64,000 nt of DNA, taken from assembly GCA_950097015.1 (NCBI GenBank), contig CATNEN010000001.1:22692001-22756000 (forward strand). The letters run 5' to 3'. Below are positions 51,545 through 61,304 of the stretch, piece by piece. The stretch's first letter is position 1. Every line of letters begins with the position of its first letter. The notes under the pieces are model-generated. The model did no database searches. It worked only from the letters and a program-made list of their open reading frames with translations, and was not told where the DNA came from. Source of the stretch: Macrostomum hystrix (Eukaryota > Animalia > Platyhelminthes). The position numbers and the translations under genes were made by a program.

Positions 51545-53326
51545 ATGAGCGAACAATGCGACACAACTCAGACGTCGAGCACGGCTAAAGCGCTTCCATG
51601 TGAAGGTGAGGCTCCTCTTGCAATTCCCGCCTTCAAAAATCCGTTCATACGCGATGTTTTTCGGCAGAACTTTCAGCACAAAACAATTCTTGTTTTATTC
51701 ATTGGAAACAGTTTTTAGTTCAAAAACAATATGGAATTTAATGTAAAAAAGTTCATTCCATTTTCAGAGCCTATTGATCCAAAATCATTTGATCTGAAAC
51801 CTGACGAGACTATGAGCATTGGCGAAGGACAATGCAGAGCCGTCATATTCAGCAAGCTGTGCGGCAACCAGCTCGACGGCTTCGCTGAAGTCAGCGACTA
51901 CGGCCAGTATTTGGACAGTTGTGGCTTCATTGTCAACTATGAGACGCCCGCTGACTTGAATCACGTCAGGAAGGTGATTACTGAGGCAGCCAAGGACGCT
52001 AAACAGCTTGTCGCTCTCTTTCTGATCGAGTCCGATCAGGAGACAGGTCTTGACAGCGTCGTCGAGTGGCTTCGAGAGGCGAACGATGCCGCTCAGAAAC
52101 TGCTAATTCATTGCAGAGTCTCAGCAACGGAAGCCGACGAGAAAGCGGACTGCGTCAAACTCATGCCGCCGACCGAGTGCCGAAAGATTCTCCGCAACAT
52201 TGTGCTCTTCAGCGTCGCAGTCAAGGCTAGAAAGGAGGCGCACAGGTTTCTGAGTGTTTTGAAGGATCTGCAGCAGAAGAGCTGGTCTAAAAATGGACTG
52301 GCTCATCTGATTCAATACGACATTGAGACTGATGTTTATGAGAAATTCAAGCTAAAGACACAGAACGGTCTCTCGAGTGAGTTCCTGCAGCCCCCGCAGC
52401 CCATCAAGATGCTGAAGGACAGGGAAGAATTCATGAGGATAATAGGCGACGGCACTCAACTGAGACAGCTAGACCCGAGCACTATCGAGAGCTTGAAGAA
52501 AGACTCGAACCCAATGGAGAGCATTGTTTACCCAATAGATTGCATGACAGCAAGGAAGAGAGCCCTCATCATCCACAATGTCGAATTCCTGCCACCTACC
52601 AGCAACAGGCCAGAAAGCTACGTGGACTATAAGAACCTGCACCATGTTCTGACACTCCTGCAGTTTGCTGTCACCGAGAAAGTCAACCGAACTGCTGCAC
52701 AGATTCGCGAAGACATCAGAGAATTCGCCAATGATGAGTGCCACGGAGATGTCTGCGTCCTCGCCGTCATGTCCCACGGCAGCCTCGGGGCTATCTGTGG
52801 CACCGATTATAGGTGCGAAAGCGGAACTGGCTTACTATTTGAGTCCGAGATCATCAGCCTTATGTGCGATGGAGCTGTAAAGTCAAAGCCTAGACTGCTT
52901 CTGATCCAAGCCTGTCGCAATGACTCAACCAGGTCTCAGGCCCTGACCGCGTCGGAAAAGACCTGCGCCACAATGACAGAGATGGCCATCCAGGTGGGCA
53001 TTCACTACGGTAATCCGGCTGAAAATGCCGAGCCCCCGCCAGATCAGAGCGGCCTGGTTGTCGCGCACTCCACTTCACCCGGATACTCTGCGTTCCGCAG
53101 TCGCTACGGCAGCCGATTTATTCTCGCCCTGTGCGCAGTCTTCTACGAGCTCGCTCACAAGGAGGACTTGCTGTCAATGATTACTAGAATTAACTTCATT
53201 ATGCTGAACGGCTTCAAACGACCAGAGCTGGATGGAAAAGTTCAGTCACTTCAACTGCCATGTTGGACAGTTCAAACGCACAAGAAGTTCTTCTTGGTTG
53301 ACACCAGTCCTCTGTTTAAAGATTAG
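51545..53326 (+). CDS. Caspase gene 3 (degenerate caspase-like N-domain + active caspase), ~539 aa. Exons: 51545-51605, 51768-53326
   Basis: RALIIHN, VMSHG, KPRLLLIQACR, VVAHSTSPGYSAFR, GSRFILALC. A phase-1 intron follows a short MSE... leader exon, as in gene 1. Confidence 0.88.
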
Positions 53327-54399
53327 GCGGTGCAGCCGACAAGGTTAATTGTTTTAGAGAACTGACGAAGTAGCATTTTTAGCTTGACTGTAAATTATTG
53401 TTTCTCTGTCGTTTAGTACATTTTGCAACTCAGTGCTTTATGAAATCAGTTTTCTCATTCCACTGACTGAAAATAGAAAACGCTAACTTTAACTTGTACG
53501 AGTAACTTTGTATGAGTATGCAAATACTAGACTGTTGCTAAGCAACAGCATCACGTCGAGCAATTAGCAACAATCAGCTATAATGTGATCAGGAAATTTG
53601 ACTTCTGTAGTTAAACTATGCAATTAATTTTTTCAATTAGAAAAATACGAGTATAAATACAAAACGACTACGGCGCTACATTCTAGATGCACCAGCTCTT
53701 CAGTTTACCCAGCAGCTCTACGAACTTAAGCATATGACTACTATCAGTAGCATCAAGAAACGAGATTTTGCAAGTGAATCCAACCAGCAAGATTTTCAGA
53801 TAATGCCCAGAGCCCAGACGCCTATGCCGTTTGCCATCTGCCAAACCAAGAGCTCCAGTGCAGCTGGCATCTGGACAGTACATTCAGCAGCGACGGCGGC
53901 GACTGCCGCTCGCCTTCGCACATTCGATAGGACCTGGAGGCGTGGCGTTGGATCCGGGCTTTACTGGCTGATCGGAGAGCTCGAGTCCGCTGGAAAGACA
54001 GCCTCAGCTGCTGCAGGGAGGTCCGCAGGGGAGCTCACTCCCATGCGCCTGGCGGGGGTTTTCTCACTAGCGAACAACTCTCAGGATACCCGCACCGCCA
54101 CAATAGGAATTAATGGACACTTTCGTCAAGGCCCTTGACAAGGCGACAAAGACAACGATGCAACGAAATGTAGGTTAAGCGACAAAGAGCTACAATGAAG
54201 AGATACACCATCTGCAAACACGGCGGACGCCGCCAAGCCCTGCTGAAACTGCGGGAGGTACTGCTGCGCCGCATCACGTGCACGGGCAGGCCTGGCACTG
54301 AGTCTTCCCGTGCTCCAGGCAAGACCATGCCTCGCAGATGTCGAAGAATGTCGGCGCATCGCAAACTTAACTAAAATTAGAACTAAAATATCTAAAATT

Positions 54400-55060
54400 A
54401 ACAGACAAGTCCAACCTCCCGGACAGTCTCCGACTGCGTCTGGCAGCTCAACAACCTGGCGGTAAAAATACCGTCAGACTCCAGTGGATACCAGGGCATG
54501 CTGGTTTTCCTGGAAACCAGCTTGCTGACTCCCTGGCCAAGCAGGGAGGTGCCAGCTCTGCGCCGGGCCCTTCCCCCCCGGTTCCAATTCCGAACACCGT
54601 CATCTATCGTCAGATTAATGACTGGGCCGCCAACCTCCATCTGACCCGGTGGAAATGCACCATTAATTGCCGCCAATCCAAAGCGTCAGTCCCGGTGCCA
54701 TCCATTCATCTCCAGAAGGTCCTTCTAAACCAAACCCGGAAGGACATCCGGGACCTCACCATGATCCTCCCGGGCCATGGCTGCTACGCCAGACACTGTT
54801 TCCTCCGAGGAGACCTCCGGAGTGAGCTGTGCCCGTTCTGCAACCTTGAGAACGAGGATGCCCTGCACTTCGTTTGTCACTGCCCTTTCTTTACCAGGGA
54901 GATGTTAAACTACCTCGGACCAAACCCATCCGTGGATGACGTTTGCAGATCCGAGAACATCTCACGGCTCATCCGGTTCCTGAGGGCTACCAGACGAGCG
55001 TCCTTCTTCCCTAGTGAAGAGCAAGCTGCAGGAAGGACCGGCCACGGACCTCCCTGACTG
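54400..55060 (+). mobile_element. 3' fragment of a non-LTR retrotransposon ORF2 (RNase H + CCHC zinc finger; LOA/R1/I group)
   Basis: LQWIPGHAGFPGNQLADSLAKQG at ~54480 and GH...CPFC...EDALHFVCHCP. Confidence 0.85.
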
Positions 55061-55943
55061 GCCCCGCGCCATCGGCCGAAGCAGGTATTTCAGGGAGGGA
55101 TTAGCGGAATGGGCGACCCCCGCCTCCCCGCTGTGTCCATCGGACCGCCCGGCAGATAAGTCAAGCGTCCGGTGTCGAAATCGGACAAAAAACGGGTGAT
55201 TTTCGTCCGCTTCTGAAAGTTGGTCAGAAATCGGACAAGCAACCGGACGAAGGTCCAGGTGGGTAGCCTGCCGGTCTGTCACATCTGCCAGGTCGAAGCC
55301 TCACAACATTGAAAATCAATAGAGAAAGGACGTCATAAAGCAAAATATGTACCTCCTTGTAACTATCCTGTATTGTCATGACGCTTCCAGTAGCATATCT
55401 GATGCATAAATTTCCAATCCATATATTACAAAATTGAAGTACAACTCAATGCTTTTGTGACAGCCATGGTCCCATGGCTGTGGCAACCATAAAATGGAAT
55501 GGAAATGGAAATAGAAACCAGAAAATGTTTTTTACATTGTGAAGTTTTGACCTTGTGTGAAGTCTTTTGCTAGAGTTTTCGGCATTGTGAAATTTCGAGT
55601 TTGCGAAATCCGCCGTCTATTACTACACACTGAGTTAGAGCCATTGTGCTAAGAAGAAATAAGGAAGTCAAACTCAAAACAATTCGTCCATTTTTTAGTT
55701 GAATCAGGTTTCATTTTAAGAAATTGAAGAATTTTTTGTTACCTATGGAAGTAAAACAGTGGCTACTCAGGAAAAGCTAGGAATAAATATGCTCACTACA
55801 CAGCTAGAACTAGTACAGTTAGCAAAAACTGGTACAACTAAATATATATTTACCGTACTGCCCATAGGAAAGGGATTTTCGATTTTGTAGTTCTTTAAAA
55901 ATGTCGGGTTCGAAGAAAAATGGAATCCATTGTCTTCGAGGAG

Positions 55944-57487
55944 TCAGCAAGAGTGGTTCCTTCTACGGCTGGCAATTGTGTTGAGCAGCCTGGCGGTGCT
56001 AACCAAGAAGACCTTCTTGTGGGTCTCCACGTCCAACTGCATATCTGCTGCGGCTGGCTTATTCCGTTCAGCTGAGGCTGCCTGAAGCCGCGAACCATGA
56101 TGAAATTGATCCTGTTAATCATCGAGACCACGTCCTCTTTGTGCGCGTACTTGTGGAAGGTGGTGCAGAGGGCTAAGATGAAGCGGCTGCCGTACGGGCT
56201 GCAGAAGCCTTGTTGGCAAGGGGCTGTGCAATGAGCCACAATCAGCCCACTTTGGGGTGCAGGACCTGGAATCACCTCCTGCAGAGGGTGACAACCATGG
56301 ACGGAACCTGTCCGTCCGCGAAGCGCGAGATGCTTCCGACTTTCTGGTCTTTGGTGTCACAGGCACATCTCGGCAAGCCTGAATGATTACCAGCCTTGGC
56401 TTAGCTCTCACAGTTCTCCCGTTTCTCATCAAGTTGATAAGTGCGAACTCGCTCACTAGTACATCTCTTCCGCCATCGGCATAGTCGATCCCGCATATTC
56501 CGTCCAGACGGCCGTGAGACATGATGACGAGAATGCAGGCTTCTCCGTGTGTAGTTTCGTTGGCGAATGCCGACACTATGTCATTAATTTCTTGAGCAGT
56601 CTTGTTGAACTTCTCTTCCACGGTAATGCTCATGAGCTGAAAAACGTGCTTTAAATTCTCATAGTCACTTATGCTAGACAATCTGTCACTAAGATTACGG
56701 AAGGTCATGTTGTGGATGATGAGCGCATGCTTCGTTGCTCGTGGTGGCTCACAGTAAACTAGATAGGCTGGAGGATCTTCGGAGGCCTTCAGAGTTCTGA
56801 CAGTTTCTGGATCCAGTGCCTTGAGATGGTCGCCCTCACCAAACTCTTTCGCCAGTTCTTTGTGCAGCAACTTGACTACCGGATGAGGCGCGTGATACTC
56901 ATCCAACAGTCCATTGACAGCTTTGATCTTGAACTTGTGGCTCTGCTCGTCAGTAATTTTGAATTGAATCAGGGGGCCAATTCCTTTAGAGAGCCAACAT
57001 ATTTCCTGCATTTTTCTCAACTTGCGTATGAACTTGCCAATTCCCTGGTCTCGATGGCGATGCTCAGAATGGCCGAGTTGCGCAGCTTCTCCTTACTTTG
57101 GACCGGGAGCTGCGGCTTCTTGCAGTCGGCAGATTCGAAATCAGCACAACTTGAAATTCGGCAGTAGATCAGCAACTTATGGACCGTTTCGTCCACCTTC
57201 GAAAGCACTGTTACAGTTTGGTCCAGATCGCTTGCTTTTTCCCTGTCCGTCAGGACGAGGACAACTAGCTTCTTGACGCCCTTGGCGGCGGTGGCAGTGA
57301 TTTTATCCTGGATGTCTTTGGCATTCCTTGATTGGTCATATTCGATGCTGAAGCAGCAGTTGATTAGGTAAGTCTCGTATTCCTCTAGCTCTTTCTCCTT
57401 GCCCATAGAGAAAATGATAGCTCTGTAGATATCGGCTTTGGCTCGTTGCGCTAACCATATTTCAGCGTTCCTAAAGTTTAATGGCAT
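55944..57487 (-). pseudogene. Caspase gene 4, inverted paralog of gene 3, with three frameshifts (pseudogene or assembly indels)
   Basis: HALIIHN, IMSHG, KPRLVIIQACR, GSRFILALC. Frame changes at ~57040, ~56300-56360 and ~56030; the corrected C-terminus WTVETHKKVFLV matches gene 3 WTVQTHKKFFLV. Confidence 0.8.
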
Positions 57488-57599
57488 GCTTCTGTAATTG
57501 ACTTTCTATTTGGCTAAATCCCGCTTCTGGGGGGGCATTCCAGTATGACAATTCGCATGACTTCTAGAAGTAGGGTAGTGCGATTGTTGATTGGTTAAT

Positions 57600-57853
57600 A
57601 ATTATAATTGCAGGAGGGCTGCGGGCAATGGCACGTCATTTAGTGACAATAGACCCGCAGCCAGCGAGGAGGCAATTCTGCCCATTTTGCTGACTCCTGA
57701 GCACACACGAACACAGATACTGTACGCAGGCACACGCTCACACAGGTGTGTACATCTGCCCTGACTTTCTCATCGTCAGGCAGTGTACACTTCATGGTGC
57801 CTTGGAGGTTGGCCCTCAAGGGCGTAAATTGCACGACAAGCCCCCAAGCCTTC
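57600..57853 (-). mobile_element. SINE family A, 5'-truncated copy
   Basis: Near-identical to the body of 44412-44724. Confidence 0.82.
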
Positions 57854-57958
57854 TACACTTTACGATGAACTAATTTTCAAAGCCGTTCGAGTCAGCATCG
57901 TCGAAATATTCAGCGATTCTTGCCGAAGACCCCGGTGACAATAACGAGTAACATTGCT

Positions 57959-58662
57959 ATGTTACTCGTTACGTTACTCGCAGGCCCGGTACGGCAGAAC
58001 TGCGTTGCGCCACTGATTCGCAGGCCCTCATCCGATCGCTCGAACAAGGCCCGCACTCTCACCTGTCCCCCTGCTGCCGGGACATCTGGCGCCTCCTCCT
58101 CAAAGTCCCTGCAGACTACCACGTGACTATCCAATGGGTCCCAGGACACTGTGACCTGAGGCGCAACGATCTGGCGGACAACCTCGCAAAAGACGCCGCT
58201 AGACTCCCACAAGACCTGTGGATATCGACTTAAACAGTGCCAAGTCCGCGATCCGCCGCACACTGGCCGCCGAGGCTCGCGCTGCCTACTAAGCGGACCC
58301 GCACTGCCGGACGCACCGCGCTGCCTTCCGCGACCACCGCAGATCCGAGGCGACTCTCAGCAGACGCGAGCTGATCACGCTAGCGCAACTTCGCACGGGC
58401 CACTCGCCTCTGCTGGCTCAGTACCGCCACCAGATTGACCAAGAACAGCCCGCGTCCTGCGGGCACTGCGGACACCAGGAGGAGGACCTGAAGCATGTGA
58501 TGCTGGAATGCCCAGCCCACGCCCAGACCCGCAACCGCGTCCTCGGCCCTAACCCGACGCTGGCCATCCTCTCCGACGACGGCCCCCGTGTCCTGTCCTA
58601 TCTCCAGGCGATAGGGTCGCTGACCCGACCCCCGGACCTGCCCGGCCAGGAACGTCTAACTA
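57959..58662 (+). mobile_element. 5'-truncated LINE 3' end (RNase H + CCHC; I-group-like) with candidate 12-bp TSD
   Basis: IQWVPGHCDL..NDLADNLAKDAA, LAQLRTGH, CGHC...EDLKHVMLECP, short CTAA tail. AGTAACATTGCT is duplicated at 57947-57958 and 58663-58674. Confidence 0.85.
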
Positions 58663-59489
58663 AGTAACATTGCTGTGTAGGAACTTCTACGGCGAGTCCA
58701 AATTGGTTCAAAAATGAACAATTTAATCAATCAAAAATAGTTTACTATGATAGCCAACATGGTTAAATGATGAAATTTTATGAGCAGAAAAATATCCTAT
58801 ATTTTTGGTTCTTGCCACCAGACACCCTGACGAGAATCGAGTTGTTTAACTTACAGAAAAAATGTGGGTTTTTTAACTACCCAGGTCTTTCTACTGTTCA
58901 AACCAAAGGTTAGCTCTCGTACGTATCAGAACAGCTCTTAAAATTGACTGCGTCTCACCACAACCGTCAGTCAGCACATGTGCGTCTAAAATTTCATCGA
59001 AATTCACAAAAAATTAAGGTCTCTTTGTCAATATATCAAGAATCAAGACTGTTTTCTGAGAAGATGCAAGCAAATAAACTTACGGTCCTTCGAGGATTCA
59101 AGTACTTCACCTTTCGAAGTGACTAGTCGCTGAACTGAAAATTATCAGGCCTTGCAACAGGCATTTAAGTGGTTGTGTTACAAACTCGCAGAAGAAATTA
59201 GGCCGCTCAGTTTTGCCAATTGCAACCCTTTTTATAGTGCAGCTAATGAGCTATCGAGGGCTGTGCTCACTGGAATGAGGGCTTATACGCAACCGAAAAG
59301 TGTCATTGCGATGTCATCTCCGATACACACTATCAAGGCGAAATCTACTTTAGTTATGCAAGCAGAATTTTTTTAGGAAATAGTTGTTTCGCAAAATGTT
59401 GTGATTCTATGACTTGTTACAAACATTTGTAACCAATCAAAATGTGTGGCACCTGTTATCCAGTGTGCATCCAGGCGTGTCATGGGTGT

Positions 59490-59600
59490 TTCACCTGTTA
59501 GACAGGATTTTCACCTATTAGACAGGAGTGTCACCTGTTAGACAGGATTTTCACCTATTAGACAGGAGTGTCACCTGTTAGACAGGAGTGTCACCTGTTA
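59490..59600. repeat. Short array of the 20 bp CACCTGTTAGACAGGAGTGT satellite
   Basis: Same unit as 61590-63750. Confidence 0.9.
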
Positions 59601-60335
59601 GCATTCTAGCATTAGTTACTGCTTCGATTCTAGCATTAGTTACTGCTTCGATTCTAGCATTAGTTACTGCTTCGATTCCAGCATCAGTTGCTGCTTCGAT
59701 TCCAGCATTAGTTGCTGCTTCGATTCCAGCATCAGTTGCTGCTTCGATTCTAGCATTAGTTACTGCTTCGATTCTAGCATTCTGCTTTGATTCTAGCATT
59801 AGTTGCTGCTTCGATTCTAGCATTAGTTGCTGCTTCGATTCTAGCATTAGTTGCTGCTTCGTTTCTAGCATTAGTTGCTGCTTCGATTCTAGCATTAGTT
59901 GCTGCTTCGTTTCTAGCATTAGTTGCTGCTTCGATTCTAGCATTAGTTGCTGCTTTGATTCTAGCATTAGTTACTGCTTTGATTCTAGCATTAGTTGCTG
60001 CTTTGATTCTAGCATTAGTTGCTGCTTCGTTTCTAGCATTAGTTGCTGCTTCGATTCTAGCATTAGTTGCTGCTTTGATTCTAGCATTAGTTACTGCTTC
60101 GATTCTAGCATTAGTTGCTGCTTTGATTCTAGCATTAGTTACTGCTTCGATTCTAGCATCAGTTGCTGCTTCGATTCTAGCATTAGTTACTGCTTCGATT
60201 CTAGCATTCTGCTTTGATTCTAGCATTAGTTGCTGCTTCGTTTCTAGCATTAGTTGCTGCTTCGATTCTAGCATTAGTTGCTGCTTCGTTTCTAGCATTA
60301 GTTGCTGCTTCGATTCTAGCATTAGTTACTGCTTC
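59600..60335. repeat. 24 bp minisatellite (TTCTAGCATTAGTTGCTGCTTCGA)
   Basis: About 30 tandem copies; accounts for four repetitive ORFs. Confidence 0.96.
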
Positions 60336-61304
60336 ATAAATAAAATTGAAAATTTCCGTTCCTGAATGTCAGACTAACACTGTGACAATTGGCTTAGACG
60401 GCATTTGAGCCGTTAAGGTTGGATTATAATTTAAAATTGTCAGTGAAAAGCGGTGCATGCTAAACAGCGAACAGTTCGATTTTTCAGTGTCAGAGAAGCA
60501 CACTGAAATGCAAAGTAAGGGGATTAAAAAGGAGTAAAAAATTGTCATATGACTTCACATTATACAGGCAGACAATAAGAGTGAAATCTAGAGAAAATGT
60601 TGCACACGATAAAGGTATAAAAATATAGAAAACTTACACATAATTGCGAAAATGCTTTCTGACGGAGCAGCCTATTTTAGTACAATTTTTTACATTCTTT
60701 AAGTAAGATGCACAGCAGGATTAAAAACTGTTAGTAGGTGCCATTGGAGAATGGGGTAAAATGGGAGAAAGAGGGGAGAATGGAATGACATTTATAAGAA
60801 TGCGAGAGGCGAATAAGGTAAAACTGGGAATGGTTAGTAAGAATGGGTATGCACTCGAATTATGACATGTAAAGGGCGGAAGACAGGGAGGAATTGGGGA
60901 GAAAGAGTTGGAATGGGGAAAATATGGAGGAAGAGGGGACAAGGAGGGAGTAATTAGGGAAGATTTTAGCAGGATGAGAGGAGAATGAGGGAGAAAGGGG
61001 ATTTTAGGAGGAAATGGGAGAATAGGGTAAAAGGGGGTGATTTAAGAGGAAGAGGGGAGAATTAGAGAGAAGGGGGGAAGAATGGGAAGGAAGATGGAAG
61101 AAGGCGGAGGAGATAATAAAAAGAGAATGCAACAAGAAATTATCATAGTACAGTAGTTCCAATTGAAGCACTTATTATTAGTAAATCAACAGTTCAAGCC
61201 AACGGGTGGGCATGCAAACATTACAAAATGCAAGTGTGAATTTAACACTGTTAGAACTAATCTTGAACTAAACTTGCAGCACAAAACTTGATGGACCGCA
61301 AATG

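Noticed and set aside
53730-54395. GC-rich stretch with a hairpin and AACTAA tail as a gene or ncRNA
   Set aside because: No recognisable protein or RNA motif; probably a retroelement remnant next to the LINE fragment, but I cannot classify it.
59578-60365. Repetitive ORFs (MLESKQQL, NARIEAAT, ILALVAAS), plus similar ones at 16689-17021, 32185-32826 and 8888-9115
   Set aside because: These are translations of minisatellites with no independent coding evidence.
60740-61110. Purine-rich G-tract region as a regulatory or G-quadruplex element
   Set aside because: Low-complexity degenerate repeat with no functional evidence from sequence alone.
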